In this document: positions 1 through 11,074 of the stretch, piece after piece
How the letters are laid out: every line of letters begins with the position of its first letter
Numbering within the stretch: position 1 is the first letter of the stretch
DNA from: an uncultured Alphaproteobacteria bacterium
Lineage (GTDB): Bacteria > Pseudomonadota > Alphaproteobacteria > VGEJ01
Length of the DNA stretch: 64,000 bases
NCBI GenBank assembly: GCA_913041535.1
Contig: CAJWJK010000003.1
Coordinates: 90,953-154,952 of the forward strand
Direction of reading: 5' to 3'
Notes under the pieces: generated by a model
The model's database searches: none
Told to the model about the DNA's origin: nothing
Seen by the model: only the letters and a program-made list of their open reading frames with translations
Made by a program: the position numbers and the translations under genes

Positions 1-70
1 ATACAATTGTAGAGAACTTAAATATTGAAAGGTGTACTATCTATCCTAAAGGTACTCGAATACGTAGCTC

Positions 71-565
71 TTATTGGCCGTTTTTAGTTGTTAAGGTGGC
101 CCGAAGAATTAAAGCGTCCGTCATGTCGTTCCTGTACGTCGAGTAATAACAACGTCTGCGCCCAACATGGTCAAACTTACATTTTTCGTAAACTCTTTGT
201 GCCGCATAGTTGAATTCCTCAACCTCTAATAGAATGTTTGACACTCGTTTTTCTTGTGCCCACATTCTGCACTCCATGACGAGAATAGTTCCTATCCCCA
301 TTTTTCGGCAGGGAGCCTGGACACCCATGGTAAGAATTTCAGCCTCATCATGAAGACTTCGAGCCATTAAATAGCCAACAGAGTTTTCTCTATGCGGGGT
401 GTTTGCCAGGAGAGTTAATACATTTTCCGTTGTTACAAGCTGTTTAAGCGCATCAAACCCCCAACTAAAGCCAAAGCATTCATTTTGCAATGATGAGACT
501 GTTCTGATTTCTTTATCATTAGGGGATAGTAGTCTCCGGGCATGTATCTTGGAGTGGGCAATCAT
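71..565 (-). CDS. rimI: GNAT family N-acetyltransferase, RimI-like (ribosomal-protein-alanine acetyltransferase)
   Basis: ORF 71..610; acetyl-CoA binding-like segment QAPCRKMGIGTILV. It lies immediately downstream of tsaB, matching the conserved tsaB-rimI pairing. The real start is probably the internal Met overlapping the tsaB stop. Confidence 0.6.
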   Translation of the reverse strand: MIAHSKIHARRLLSPNDKEIRTVSSLQNECFGFSWGFDALKQLVTTENVLTLLANTPHRENSVGYLMARSLHDEAEILTMGVQAPCRKMGIGTILVMECRMWAQEKRVSNILLEVEEFNYAAQRVYEKCKFDHVGRRRCYYSTYRNDMTDALILRATLTTKNGQ

Positions 566-1239
566 AACGGGGGTAGAGGGTGAAGATACAGGGGACTTGG
601 TGTCGAGCAAATAGAAATTCCGAAACGCGTTATACGAGTGTGTGCCAATTTCGCGAGCGCGCGTGCATCAGGAGCATGACAAGGATCAATAACTCTAAAC
701 CCCTTTGTTTGATTCACTTTAGTGCTAAGGAACACAGCAGCATTTCCCACAATAACACCGCCAGTCTCTGGTAATATTGGTGTTGTGCCATCAACTTTCA
801 CTCTTTGGGGCGCGCATATGGCTCTGACGTCCTTTCCTTCTGGGTGAAATATCTGCATATAGACCTCATGATTTCGGGCCTCAAGGGCAGCCACAATGGA
901 TTCGTTGTCGTTAACGTGGCTCAGTACAAATGCTGCGTTAACTTCCATGGAGTTTAAACCAATACTCGGAAGTTCAGATACGAGTGCGATCGAGCGCGCT
1001 GCCGCCAGGCCGACACGCAACCCAGTAAAGCTCCCTGGTCCCGTAATAACGGAAATAGCATCAAGAGTGGTGAATGTTTCCTCAGCGTCAGCCATGGTGT
1101 CCTCTATCATGGGCACCAAAAGTTCTGCAGATCGGGAAGATTGACCTTCGCGAAAAGCGCTTACACGATCTCCATCCCAAACCGCGGTAGAGCAAGTTGT
1201 GTGGGCCGTGCTAAGTGCGAGAATCTTCAATATCTTCAA
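562..1239 (-). CDS. tsaB: tRNA threonylcarbamoyladenosine biosynthesis protein TsaB (YeaZ)
   Basis: N-terminus MKILALSTAHTTCSTAV..., a Kae1/YeaZ fold signature ITGPGSFTGLRVGLAAARSIAL, and a 4-nt overlap with the rimI-like gene. Confidence 0.8.
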   Translation of the reverse strand: MKILKILALSTAHTTCSTAVWDGDRVSAFREGQSSRSAELLVPMIEDTMADAEETFTTLDAISVITGPGSFTGLRVGLAAARSIALVSELPSIGLNSMEVNAAFVLSHVNDNESIVAALEARNHEVYMQIFHPEGKDVRAICAPQRVKVDGTTPILPETGGVIVGNAAVFLSTKVNQTKGFRVIDPCHAPDARALAKLAHTRITRFGISICSTPSPLYLHPLPPL

Positions 1240-1814
1240 AGAATTTTACAAGCCTCACCAAATGCATGGCGTGGCAAGCGTTCAGGCATACTCGTTTTAT
1301 CCCCATATCCAAAATTTATCAATAAATTGGACTTTAAGCGCCCGTCTGGAAAAAATTCATTGTCTAGAGCTGTTTGATCGAAACCAGACATAGGTCCGCA
1401 GTCAAGACCAATAGCACGTGCAGCGATAATAAGATATGCGGCTTGGAGCGTGCTATTTCTAAATCCATGGATTTCAGCACTCTGCTGATCAGCGGCAAAG
1501 CTGGCTGCCGATTCTGCGTTGTCCATTAATTCAAAAAACCTTATGTCACGGGCAATGATGACCGTTGCTGATGCCGTCATTGTCTTGTTTATGTTACCGA
1601 CCGCTAGACATGGTTTGAGGCGATTCTTAGCTTCTGATGAGATTACAAACACAAACCGTGCGGGCTGACAATTAGCGCTGGTGGGACCCAGGCTCGTGAG
1701 CTCATAAAGTTTTCGTAAAAGCAACTCAGGAACTTCGCCATTTTGCCAGTCTCTGCAGGTTCGGGCATTGCCAAATATTACATCAAGGCCGCTGTTGTCT
1801 AGGGAGTTAGCCAC
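1236..1814 (-). CDS. nitroreductase family protein (RutE/YdjA-like NADPH-dependent oxidoreductase)
   Basis: 192 aa with nitroreductase-fold motifs (RTCRDW near the N-terminus, C-terminal INFGYGD). Confidence 0.6.
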   Translation of the reverse strand: MANSLDNSGLDVIFGNARTCRDWQNGEVPELLLRKLYELTSLGPTSANCQPARFVFVISSEAKNRLKPCLAVGNINKTMTASATVIIARDIRFFELMDNAESAASFAADQQSAEIHGFRNSTLQAAYLIIAARAIGLDCGPMSGFDQTALDNEFFPDGRLKSNLLINFGYGDKTSMPERLPRHAFGEACKIL

Positions 1815-1954
1815 ATCAGAGTTCCTTCAGCTATATTTAGGAAGTGGAGACAGTGGCGCAGAGCCTGTACCCTGGCAAGGCCATTATACTGGTATAAGGC
1901 AATGATATTACGCTAATGTGCAGATTCTATGACTGTGTGGCTGTATGGGGTGCT

Positions 1955-3010
1955 ATGCGTGGTTTTATAAACTTTACCACGGTTTTACTTGTCTCTGCTT
2001 TCGTTTTGTCTGGGCTTGGTGAAGCGGCCAACGCGAATATAACGGGAGATGGAGCGTCAATACTAATCTATCATCGTTTTGGTGAGAGGGGCCTTCCGTC
2101 AACCAATATTCGGTTGGATCAATTTGATGCCCACCTTCAGGAATTGTCGAATGAGACATATAACGTGATGTCTCTTCCGAATATTGTGTCAGCGTTTGAA
2201 AAAGGGTCTTTGCTTCCGGATCGTACATTAGCCATTACGATCGATGACGCTTTTCTATCGGTGTATACTGAAGCATGGCCGCGACTTAAGAAGGCCGGCT
2301 TTCCGTTCACGCTGTTTGTTTCTACAGGTCCAATCGATAATGGGACTGCGGGGTACATGACGTGGAACCATCTTCGTGAATTGGTAGCGGACGGGGTTAC
2401 GATTGGACATCATTCTGTAACCCATCGTCGAATGCACGAATTGAGTGCTGCTGAGAACATTAAAGAGATTGAAACTGCGAATAAGCGTTTCCTTAAGGAG
2501 CTTGGAATCGTACCAGTGCTTTTTTCATATCCTTTTGGAGAGTACACCCCATCCGTGAGAGATATTGTTGAAGCTGCTGGGTTTCGCGCAGCATTCGGTC
2601 AGCACTCTGGGGTTGCTCATAATAAGGCAGATCTACTGACGTTGCCGCGCTTTTCAATGAATGAGAAATACGGCAGCATCATTCGTTTTCGGCTTGTAGT
2701 TAACGCACTTCCTCTGCCGGTTAGTGAGGTCATACCGGCTGATCCATATCTTGTTAATAATCCCCCTGTGTTGGGATTTACCGTGGCTCCAAATCTAGGA
2801 GATTTAGCTCGTCTATCTTGCTTTGCTTCTCACGAGTCAAAGCCTGCAAGGCTTGAGCGTCTAGGAGAGCGCCGTATCGAGGTGCGTCTATCTAAGTCTT
2901 TTCCACCTGGGCGGGGGCGCGTTAACTGTACACTTCCAGCAAGCGATGGGCGGTGGCGCTGGTTTGGAATTCAGTTTATCGTTTCAGACGGTGTGGCGGA
3001 AACAAACTAA
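1955..3010 (+). CDS. polysaccharide deacetylase family protein (NodB homology), secreted
   Basis: Signal-peptide-like N-terminus (MRGFINFTTVLLVSAFVLSGLGEAANA); NodB motifs ITIDDAF and GHHSVTHRR. Confidence 0.65.
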   Translation: MRGFINFTTVLLVSAFVLSGLGEAANANITGDGASILIYHRFGERGLPSTNIRLDQFDAHLQELSNETYNVMSLPNIVSAFEKGSLLPDRTLAITIDDAFLSVYTEAWPRLKKAGFPFTLFVSTGPIDNGTAGYMTWNHLRELVADGVTIGHHSVTHRRMHELSAAENIKEIETANKRFLKELGIVPVLFSYPFGEYTPSVRDIVEAAGFRAAFGQHSGVAHNKADLLTLPRFSMNEKYGSIIRFRLVVNALPLPVSEVIPADPYLVNNPPVLGFTVAPNLGDLARLSCFASHESKPARLERLGERRIEVRLSKSFPPGRGRVNCTLPASDGRWRWFGIQFIVSDGVAETN

Positions 3011-3035
3011 CTGGTGAGGTTTAGGGGCACAGTTA

Positions 3036-3806
3036 ATGTATAGAGAGAATAGATTAAAAGCACGGCTGAAACAGGGATATAAGTGCCTTGGGTGTTGGCT
3101 TTGGCTCGGCAGCGCTGATGCGGCTGAGATTTTAGCATTGTCCGGATTTGATGTGCTTTTGATGGATCATGAGCATGGACCAGGAAACTTTAAAAGCGCA
3201 ATTGATATAATGCGCGCTTCCGCAGTCGGCGATGCAACGTTGGTAATGCGGGTGGAGTCTGATGATGCGGCGTTTCTCAAGAGAGCATTAGATTCTGGTG
3301 TTGAAGGGGTTATGGTTCCAGGAATTGAGACTGTGGATCAGGCGTTGGATGTGGTTAACGCTTGTCGTTACCCACCGTTAGGTAGGCGCGGAGCAGCCTT
3401 TAGTGCCACTAGGGCCTCAGACTATGGACTGCAGGGCCCGCACTATGCTGCAACGGCTGCGGACAATTTAATGCTCATTGCTCAAATTGAATCTGCTACA
3501 GCTGTAGAAAATGTGGAAGAGATAGCAGCAGTTGATGGAATAGACATGTTGTTTATTGGCCCGACTGATTTGTCTGGCAGTGTTGAAAAGCTTCTACAGT
3601 TTGATGACCCAGAAGTCAGTGAGTTAATTGAGAAAGCTGAACGTGGCATTAAGCAATCAGGAAAAGCGCTTGGCGGCATTGTGTTGGGTACTGAAAATAT
3701 AGTTAGTAAATTTGAGCGTGGTTATGATCTTATAGTTGCAGGTGGTGATGTAGTGTTCCTTCGGGAAGGTGCAAAGGCACTACGGACTCAGATTCCGTCA
3801 GAATAG
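3036..3806 (+). CDS. HpcH/HpaI family aldolase (2-keto-3-deoxy-sugar acid aldolase)
   Basis: Core G(C/S)WLxLGS...ADAAEILALSGFDVLLMDHEHG, typical of HpcH/HpaI/citrate-lyase-beta TIM-barrel aldolases. Confidence 0.7.
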   Translation: MYRENRLKARLKQGYKCLGCWLWLGSADAAEILALSGFDVLLMDHEHGPGNFKSAIDIMRASAVGDATLVMRVESDDAAFLKRALDSGVEGVMVPGIETVDQALDVVNACRYPPLGRRGAAFSATRASDYGLQGPHYAATAADNLMLIAQIESATAVENVEEIAAVDGIDMLFIGPTDLSGSVEKLLQFDDPEVSELIEKAERGIKQSGKALGGIVLGTENIVSKFERGYDLIVAGGDVVFLREGAKALRTQIPSE

Positions 3807-3813
3807 ATCTGTC

Positions 3814-4830
3814 TCAAAGACTTCTTCTCGTAAATGCTAGGGTAACATCGTCTAACAGGTCAAAGCCGTTGGCTCGAATGATTGATCGAATGGTGGCAAT
3901 ATAATCTGTACCGCGTTCAGAGTATCTCCCGAGTGTTGCGGCTAGTTTGTAGCCATCGAGGCTTTCGTCTTGCAACCGCATCTCTGATCGGGCTTTGCGG
4001 AACGTTTCGTATGCCCAGTGGCTATTAAGATTAAGCATGTACGTTGCAACAGAGAAATGAAGTCCGTCAAAGACCCTGACCTCATGCTGTTTATCAGCAT
4101 CACGTTGTTCGGGTACCAGGCCTCTCCCTGTCGTAAAGGTGCGTTCCCCGAACACAGCATTGCCCTCGCGGGCGAATCTAGAGGTTCCCCACCCAGACTC
4201 CTCGACAGCTTGAGCAAGCGCGAGTGAGGGGGGCACCTTGTCCACTCTTTCAAGCAATGCTTGAAAATTATCGGGAGCTACACCGTAGACTGACGCAAGG
4301 CCCTCTAGCCATATCTTGCTATCATTGGAAATCTTACCAGTTATTCTTGCTTGCGTGGCTATCGCAAGAACCCGTTGGCGTTCCATCGATATTACTTCGT
4401 TTGCACGCAGGATGAGTGGAAGAATTGCCTGAACAAAAAGGCGTTTGCGTTCACTAACAGAAGCAGCAGAAAGATCGTGTGGTAGAGTGCTTAGGAATAA
4501 TCGAGGGACATCTCGTTCGCCTTCCGTGATTGCAGATAGGTCATAATTAAACTGAGAGAATTTTTGCTTCAAACTTGCACTGTCATCAACTTCGAAAGAA
4601 ATTGGCACCAGATTAGAATTTACTGAAGCATTACCATGCCAGAATTTAGCGTACTCTATTGGTGGTATATAGGGGTTGCTAGTCACTGCCGCTGTGTAGA
4701 GGCTTGCAATGCATATCACCAATACGACTAGAGCTGGTTTCTTTGCGGCGAGGCGAGAAACATCACTTAGTAAAGATGGTTTATTCGAGCTCAACGTTTT
4801 ATAGACTTTTACCATATCCCTGACCGTCAT
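3814..4830 (-). CDS. Bax-like glucosaminidase-domain membrane protein (mannosyl-glycoprotein endo-beta-N-acetylglucosaminidase family)
   Basis: N-terminal transmembrane helix; C-terminal ALAQAVEESGWGTSRFAREGNAVFG, the glucosaminidase (FlgJ/Bax) motif. Confidence 0.55.
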   Translation of the reverse strand: MTVRDMVKVYKTLSSNKPSLLSDVSRLAAKKPALVVLVICIASLYTAAVTSNPYIPPIEYAKFWHGNASVNSNLVPISFEVDDSASLKQKFSQFNYDLSAITEGERDVPRLFLSTLPHDLSAASVSERKRLFVQAILPLILRANEVISMERQRVLAIATQARITGKISNDSKIWLEGLASVYGVAPDNFQALLERVDKVPPSLALAQAVEESGWGTSRFAREGNAVFGERTFTTGRGLVPEQRDADKQHEVRVFDGLHFSVATYMLNLNSHWAYETFRKARSEMRLQDESLDGYKLAATLGRYSERGTDYIATIRSIIRANGFDLLDDVTLAFTRRSL

Positions 4831-5052
4831 AGCCTTATCGCTAGACTATTTTTAGTTGTTATTTGTACGCACCAAAAAAATAGACCTTCTTAGGTGCTAC
4901 GCCAACAGCATCTTCGAATACCACGTTTGCTAATATTGTTCTACGTTTAGTTGAGCGCCAAAGCTAATTATAGAAATTGTACATATCCATGGTAGGTTTT
5001 TATATTGAGAGTAATAGCGGATTCGGCAGAACTCGAACCCACGATCTTTCAG

Positions 5053-6090
5053 CTATGAATCGAAAGATCCAACGAAACCTATTATATGCTGCACATCTCT
5101 CAATATTGGTGCTGCCATAGCACTAGCCTTTTCTGCTCCGTTTTTCAGAACCATTTCTACATGATCAGTATCTTCCATTAGTTGGCACATGCGGGCTGTG
5201 ATTGGTGTTAGTTCTCTAAGTGCAAGCTCAGTGAGAGCTTCTTTAAAGACCAAAAATGATTTTCCTTCAAATTGCTGGCAAACCTCTGCGACGCTTAGCC
5301 GAGAAAGACTAGCAAATATCCCAATCAAATTCGCCGCTTCTGGTCGTGTTTCGAGTTCTGAAGGCAGCCCGGGTAACGGGTGAGAATCTGTTTTAGCTTT
5401 ACGGATTTTGCGGGCGATATTGTCGCGTGAATCATTGAAATTAATACGAGAATTGTCGGATGGCTCGGATTTACTCATTTTTTGGTTGCCATCGCGCAAG
5501 CTCATTACACGTGTTGCAGCTCCAAGAATGAGCGGCTCCACGAGAGGAAAGAAGTCAACGCCATATGAACTATTAAACGATTGAGCAATATCTCGGACTA
5601 GTTCCAAATGCTGTTTTTGATCATCTCCCACGGGCACATGCGTTGCGTGGTAGGCCAAAATGTCAGCGGCCATAAGGGTCGGATAAGCGTATAGCCCGAC
5701 GGACGCCTTTTCGCGATTTTTCCCAGCCTTTTCCTTGAATTGGGTCATGCGATTGAGCCACCCTAATCGAGCAGTACAGTTAAAGAGCCACGCCAATTCA
5801 CTATGCGCTGGCACCTGGCTCTGGTTAAATAAGATACTGCTGTCCGGGTTTATACCAGCGGCGAGAAGGCTGGCAGTCACCTCAAGCGTATTTCTCCTTA
5901 GTTCCTCTGGGCTCTGGAAAACGGTGATGGCATGAAGGTCCACTACGCAATAGAGACAGTCATAACTCTCTTGTAAGTCGACCCAATTGCGAATTGCTCC
6001 CAAATAGTTACCAAGGTGCAAATTTCCTGTGGGCTGTACTCCTGAAAATATCCGATTCATTGTTTCGAACTCTAAAGGCTGTAATAGCAC
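5053..6090 (-). CDS. trpS: tryptophan--tRNA ligase
   Basis: Class I aaRS HIGH-like motif ([12 protein letters not shown]) and KMSKS motif present; 345 aa. Confidence 0.9.
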   Translation of the reverse strand: MLLQPLEFETMNRIFSGVQPTGNLHLGNYLGAIRNWVDLQESYDCLYCVVDLHAITVFQSPEELRRNTLEVTASLLAAGINPDSSILFNQSQVPAHSELAWLFNCTARLGWLNRMTQFKEKAGKNREKASVGLYAYPTLMAADILAYHATHVPVGDDQKQHLELVRDIAQSFNSSYGVDFFPLVEPLILGAATRVMSLRDGNQKMSKSEPSDNSRINFNDSRDNIARKIRKAKTDSHPLPGLPSELETRPEAANLIGIFASLSRLSVAEVCQQFEGKSFLVFKEALTELALRELTPITARMCQLMEDTDHVEMVLKNGAEKASAMAAPILRDVQHIIGFVGSFDS

Positions 6091-6095
6091 TCGTG

Positions 6096-7685
6096 TTATC
6101 GCTCAGAGAGTTCTGTTCGGTCAACTCCCTTAGATCTATTAGTGCGACGCATTGCAAGCGCCTTTATTTCGCTAAGGTGCATAGCGCCACTAAAATGGGC
6201 CGAAATAGCGTAGAGCGCCACTCCAATAATAATCAAAATAGCAAGGGCAGTAATTTGCTCTATTTTACCCCCAAGGAACGACTCAGAAAACATTCTTTCT
6301 AACAGCCATAGACCGGCTGCCATTATAGCGCTTGAAATAAACATTCGGGGTACACGCTTCTTGATTCGGCTATCAATCTTAAAGATGGATTTTTTTCTAA
6401 GATAGTAAGCTAGCAGTATAGTGTTAAGCCAAGCAGATATTGCAGTCGCTAGTGCAAGACCAATATGTTGAAAGGGTCCCATAAGCACAAGGTTCAATAT
6501 GAGGTTAGCAACCACACATAGCAACGCAATGCGGACTGGGGTTTTTGTGTCCTTTCTAGCGAAGTAGGCTGGTGTTAGCACCTTAACTAATACGTATGCG
6601 GGAAGACCTAACGAGTAAGCCATCAGGGCAGTTCCGGTAGCCACGGCCGCATAAGCGGTGAACTCACCATGGCCAAATAAAACTTTGATGATTACGTCAG
6701 AGGAAACTAAAAATGCGGCTGCCGATGGAAGTGCGAGCAACATCGCAAGTTCTACTGCACGATTTTGGCTAACTTCGGCAGCGTGAGTATCACCGGATGC
6801 GATCTGACGGGACAGCATTGGCAGAAGAGCAGTTCCAAGGGCTACTCCAACGATGCCTATAGGTAGCTGGTTTACTCGGTCAGCAAAATATAGAAACGTC
6901 ACTGATCCGTCCGGAAGGAAGGATGCGAGAACAATATCGACAATCAAGTTTATTTGAATTACGCCAGCACCAATAACACCTGGAAGCATTAGGCGCAGCA
7001 ATTCTGATGTGCGGTGCGTGAGTCGGGGCCACCGTAACCTTAGGCTGAGACCCGCCTTTTTAAGTGCTGCCGTGATCCATACTAGCTGAAGTACGCCGGC
7101 AGTTGTTACGCTCCAGGCAAGAGCATGTCCGGCGGTCTCTGTGTGCTGTGCAAGCCAAAGAATGCCAGCAATCATGAATAGGTTGAGCAAGATTGGTGTG
7201 GCAGCTAAGGCGGCAAAACGTCCGAGTGTGTTGAGTATGCCTCCCATTAGGGAGACTAGACTGATAAGCAAAAGGTATGGAAATGTAAGTCGTGTCAATG
7301 CAACCGTCAGGTCAAATTTATTTGGGTCACTGGTGAAGCCCGGAGCTAGTCCATACATGACCCAAGGCATAGAAATTTGCATGACAGTTACAAAAGCCAG
7401 TAGACAAAATAGCAATATGCTTAATATCTGTTCGGCAAAAAGACGGGCCTCCACTTTACCGTCTTGCTCTAGAATGGAAGAAAATAGTGGTACAAAACTA
7501 GCGTTAAGTGCCCCTTCGGCAAAAAGTCTGCGAAAAAAATTTGGCAATTTGAATGCAACAAAGAAGCAGTCGGCGAGAGGTCCAGCGCCAAGTCCGTGCG
7601 CAATCAGAATATCGCGTGTAAAGCCTAGTAAACGGCTTATCGCGGTGAAGGCTCCCACCGTGGTCGCGGCTCGAAGAAGATTCAT
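6096..7685 (-). CDS. murJ: lipid II flippase MurJ (MviN)
   Basis: N-terminus [35 protein letters not shown]...[19 protein letters not shown] is the canonical MurJ start; 529-aa polytopic membrane protein. Forms a murJ-trpS pair with a 5-nt gap. Confidence 0.9.
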   Translation of the reverse strand: MNLLRAATTVGAFTAISRLLGFTRDILIAHGLGAGPLADCFFVAFKLPNFFRRLFAEGALNASFVPLFSSILEQDGKVEARLFAEQILSILLFCLLAFVTVMQISMPWVMYGLAPGFTSDPNKFDLTVALTRLTFPYLLLISLVSLMGGILNTLGRFAALAATPILLNLFMIAGILWLAQHTETAGHALAWSVTTAGVLQLVWITAALKKAGLSLRLRWPRLTHRTSELLRLMLPGVIGAGVIQINLIVDIVLASFLPDGSVTFLYFADRVNQLPIGIVGVALGTALLPMLSRQIASGDTHAAEVSQNRAVELAMLLALPSAAAFLVSSDVIIKVLFGHGEFTAYAAVATGTALMAYSLGLPAYVLVKVLTPAYFARKDTKTPVRIALLCVVANLILNLVLMGPFQHIGLALATAISAWLNTILLAYYLRKKSIFKIDSRIKKRVPRMFISSAIMAAGLWLLERMFSESFLGGKIEQITALAILIIIGVALYAISAHFSGAMHLSEIKALAMRRTNRSKGVDRTELSER

Positions 7686-8035
7686 TGTGAATAACCAAGG
7701 AAAGAAGTCAAAGCAAATTGCTGGTTAGCCAACTGTGAAGCTTCGTCGAAATTTAACAGGCAAGTATATGATGGGAACTCGTCTAAATTATACAATTCCT
7801 TTATCCGATAAAGTCTACAAAAGATATGAAGGTTTCTTTTGTTGTAAGTTGTTTCATTGTGGCGCGGGGTGTAGTGAAATAGACCCGTGAAGGATGTCTG
7901 CAACATCATGGAATAGCAAGCTATCTAGTAGGTTGTTCATGGAGGGCTTATAGTTCGACTATTGATTTACGGTATGTGCGGTTCTAGGGTTTCTTAGTAT
8001 TTGGCTGATTAACTTTATCAACATGTGAGGGTTGA

Positions 8036-9148
8036 ATGGACGTTCGAGCTGCTGTGGCTTACGAGGCTGGCGCCCCTCTAGAAATTGAAACAGTGAGTCT
8101 GGAGGGGCCCAAAGATGGCGAAGTGCTGGTTGAAATTAAGGCTACTGGCGTGTGTCATACGGACGAATTTACACGGTCGGGTGCGGATCCGGAGGGGTTG
8201 TTCCCTTCTATTCTTGGACATGAAGGTGCGGGAGTCGTTGTGGACGTTGGGGCTGGCGTAAGTTCGGTTGAGGTGGGAGATCATGTCATTCCGTTATATA
8301 CACCAGAATGTCGTCAGTGTGAGTATTGCCTTTCAGGTAAAACGAATCTGTGTCAGGCAATTCGAGTAACTCAAGGACAGGGATTAATGCCCGACGGTTC
8401 TAGTCGTTTCTCTCGCGGTGATGAAAAAATCTATCATTACATGGGCACATCAACTTTTGCCAACTATACGGTGCTCCCAGAAATAGCGGTTGCTAAGGTT
8501 CGCAATGACGCCCCTTTCGACAAGATATGTTACATCGGATGTGGTGTAACAACTGGTATTGGCGCCGTGATTAACACCGCTAAGGTTGAGCCAGGGGCAA
8601 ATGTTGTCGTTTTTGGTCTTGGGGGCATAGGACTTAACGTAATTCAGGGAGCCCGTTTGGTGGGAGCTGATAGGATTATTGGTGTTGATACCAATTCTCG
8701 TAAACGGGTGCTGGCAGAGAAATTTGGTATGACAGATTATGTGAACCCTAGTGAAATTGAAGGTGATCTTACCTCATATCTGGTAGATCTAACGAAGGGC
8801 GGTGCAGACTACAGTTTTGAGTGTATCGGCAACGTTAATACCATGCGTCAGGCATTAGAATGTTGCCATAAGGGTTGGGGCGAGAGTGTGATTATTGGTG
8901 TTGCTGGTGCTGGCCAAGAAATTTCAACTCGGCCATTTCAACTGGTCACTGGGCGGGTTTGGCGAGGTACGGCATTTGGCGGTGCGAAGGGGAGAACTGA
9001 GGTTCCTCAGATTGTCGATTGGTATATGGATGGAAAAATTAATATTGATGATTTGATTACACATAAAATGCCGCTTGATGAAATAAACAGAGCATTTGAG
9101 TTAATGCATGATGGAAGCTCTATCCGGAGTGTGGTGGTTTTTGAATAG
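8036..9148 (+). CDS. frmA: S-(hydroxymethyl)glutathione dehydrogenase / class III alcohol dehydrogenase
   Basis: Zn-ADH motifs GHEGAGVV and CxxCxxC (CRQCEYC), Rossmann GLGGIGL; 370 aa, typical of the FrmA/AdhC class. Confidence 0.8.
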   Translation: MDVRAAVAYEAGAPLEIETVSLEGPKDGEVLVEIKATGVCHTDEFTRSGADPEGLFPSILGHEGAGVVVDVGAGVSSVEVGDHVIPLYTPECRQCEYCLSGKTNLCQAIRVTQGQGLMPDGSSRFSRGDEKIYHYMGTSTFANYTVLPEIAVAKVRNDAPFDKICYIGCGVTTGIGAVINTAKVEPGANVVVFGLGGIGLNVIQGARLVGADRIIGVDTNSRKRVLAEKFGMTDYVNPSEIEGDLTSYLVDLTKGGADYSFECIGNVNTMRQALECCHKGWGESVIIGVAGAGQEISTRPFQLVTGRVWRGTAFGGAKGRTEVPQIVDWYMDGKINIDDLITHKMPLDEINRAFELMHDGSSIRSVVVFE

Positions 9149-9212
9149 AACTGGTAGATCGCGCGCAGAACTAGTGGTGCTGTCTTGCTCAGCAGTGTGG
9201 CCCGACTGTTAT

Positions 9213-9929
9213 TTACGACGTTAATTGGTAACCGTCTGGCACTGTAATTAGGAGCTCATTCTTTGAAGGGTTCTGTTCAATTTTTTGGCGCAGGCGATAG
9301 ATGTGTGTTTCGAGGGTATGAGTAGTTACTGAGGCATTGTAGCCCCATATTTCGTCTAAGAGCACATCTCGTGTTACAGTTTTTTTGTCAGCACCATGCA
9401 GACATTTCAGAATCTCGGTTTCCTTGGTTGTTAGACGCACGGTGGAATCGGCGTCTGCATCTATTAAGAGTTTCGAGCTTGGGAAGAAACTAAAGCGCCC
9501 TATGGAAAATACGGATTCAGAAGTGGTTTCGTGGTGAGGGAGATATGTGTGAATGCGTTCTAGTAAGATATCTAGTCGAAATGGCTTGATTAGGTAATCA
9601 TCGGCTCGCAAACGATCCTTGTATTCGGAGGCTTCATTGGCTTGAGAGTTAGTAAGCATGATGATCGGGATTTTAACTTTGTCTGGTAGAAAGGTCTCGA
9701 CAATGTCTTGTTGTCTCAAGGGAATTATAGAATCGCTAATCAAAATGACATCAAATTGCTCAGCTTTAGCTTTCGAAACGCCAGATTCATAAGTGCAGGC
9801 GACCGTGAGCGCTAGTTCGTCCGTTAGGTCAAGTTGCTCCTTTATTGAGTCGATCAGGGCAACATCGTTGTCCACCATAAGAATTCTTCTGGGAGAGGTC
9901 ATACGCACATCAACGCTGTTGGTATTCAT
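9213..9929 (-). CDS. OmpR/PhoB-family response regulator (receiver + winged-helix trans_reg_C)
   Basis: Receiver acidic pocket (MVDNDV), putative phospho-Asp in FDVILISD, and conserved Lys (LIKPF). C-terminal winged helix ends in THTLETHIYRLRQKI. Confidence 0.7.
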   Translation of the reverse strand: MNTNSVDVRMTSPRRILMVDNDVALIDSIKEQLDLTDELALTVACTYESGVSKAKAEQFDVILISDSIIPLRQQDIVETFLPDKVKIPIIMLTNSQANEASEYKDRLRADDYLIKPFRLDILLERIHTYLPHHETTSESVFSIGRFSFFPSSKLLIDADADSTVRLTTKETEILKCLHGADKKTVTRDVLLDEIWGYNASVTTHTLETHIYRLRQKIEQNPSKNELLITVPDGYQLTS

Positions 9930-9965
9930 CGCGGAAAAATTGGGGAAACATGTTTTGTATTGTTT

Positions 9966-10826
9966 CTATGATGGTTTAGCTAGGGTTATAAGAGCTTGGG
10001 ATAGCTCGGTGTCAGGTATCGTAATATCGTCAATAACATTAAAATGATTTCGAGTTTCTACAGCAACAACTTGACATTTAAGGCCCTGATCTATCCAGGC
10101 CTTGGCTAAGGTCTGGGTCTGGCGTGCAAATTCGTCCGTTTCATCGGCGCCATAGGCCAATGTCAAGGGGCACGATTTTTGAGGCAAATTATAGAGAGGA
10201 CTATTTCGGGCCACTGCAGCATCATCTAGTTTCAGGGCCTCATTTTGGTAGCTTAGTTGAATTGGCTTAAGATCATAAATACCGCAAATTGCGCATGCCC
10301 CTACAATAGGCATGGATGGCATTTGAGTATCAAAGTTTTTCCATTCAGTTGCCAGAAGCATGAGAACAAGATGACCACCGGCTGAGTGTCCAGACACACT
10401 TATTTGGTTCCGGTTGCCTCCATATGAGGTAGCGTTATGCCAGGTCCATGCGAGGGCTGCACGGTTTTGACGGACAATTTCATCAATATTTACATTCGGC
10501 ACCAGGTCATAATTGATGATAACCGTAGTAATACCAGCGGAAACTAGAGGTTCAGCTAGATAGCTGTAGTCCTTTTTATCGAGGTTTTGCCAATAACCTC
10601 CATGAATAAATATATGCACCGGGGCGTTTGCAATTTTCGCCGGAAAGATATCAAGAGTTTCTTTTGCTGAAGGACCATAATGAATGTTTAGATGGCAATT
10701 GAGTGTTGTTCGGCTTCTTTTACTGCGATGATCCCAAGAGTCGAAGTAGGTCTGGAATTCGGGATGACGTTCACGCAAGTTATATTGGGCATCTAATTCA
10801 GTCTGGTCATAATTGAGGTATACCAT
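9966..10826 (-). CDS. alpha/beta hydrolase (esterase/lipase fold-3 family)
   Basis: HGGYW oxyanion motif and GHSAGGHL nucleophile elbow. Confidence 0.65.
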   Translation of the reverse strand: MVYLNYDQTELDAQYNLRERHPEFQTYFDSWDHRSKRSRTTLNCHLNIHYGPSAKETLDIFPAKIANAPVHIFIHGGYWQNLDKKDYSYLAEPLVSAGITTVIINYDLVPNVNIDEIVRQNRAALAWTWHNATSYGGNRNQISVSGHSAGGHLVLMLLATEWKNFDTQMPSMPIVGACAICGIYDLKPIQLSYQNEALKLDDAAVARNSPLYNLPQKSCPLTLAYGADETDEFARQTQTLAKAWIDQGLKCQVVAVETRNHFNVIDDITIPDTELSQALITLAKPS

Positions 10827-11074
10827 TCTTATTCCTATGTGTTCTTCTATTTTAGTGGTCGATTCAGGACTGTTTAGTCTAATTCATCGTACTGGTTGGT
10901 CACGTTCCAGAAGCCGAATAGCTGCAACAATAATGGGAGAATGGAGTTAAAAGCTACCATGTTGCTGCAATTTCTCTGGTTATTGGTTGAAAGTATGTGT
11001 GTGTTAGTTATCTTGGGACAGGGCTACTTGCTATTCTTGATCGCAACAGACATGCTCTATGATTCTCTTCAACC

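Noticed and set aside
5011-5080. tRNA-like T-arm resemblance (GGGTTCGAGTTCTGCC) on the minus strand downstream of trpS.
   Set aside because: The T-stem halves do not pair (GTGGG against TCTGC) and no acceptor or anticodon arms can be built. It is most likely coding sequence plus the inverted repeat reported separately.
10827-11074. Possible FMN (RFN) riboswitch upstream of the ribA-like gene.
   Set aside because: No conserved RFN core segments could be recognised; ribA-only genes are not normally FMN-riboswitch regulated.
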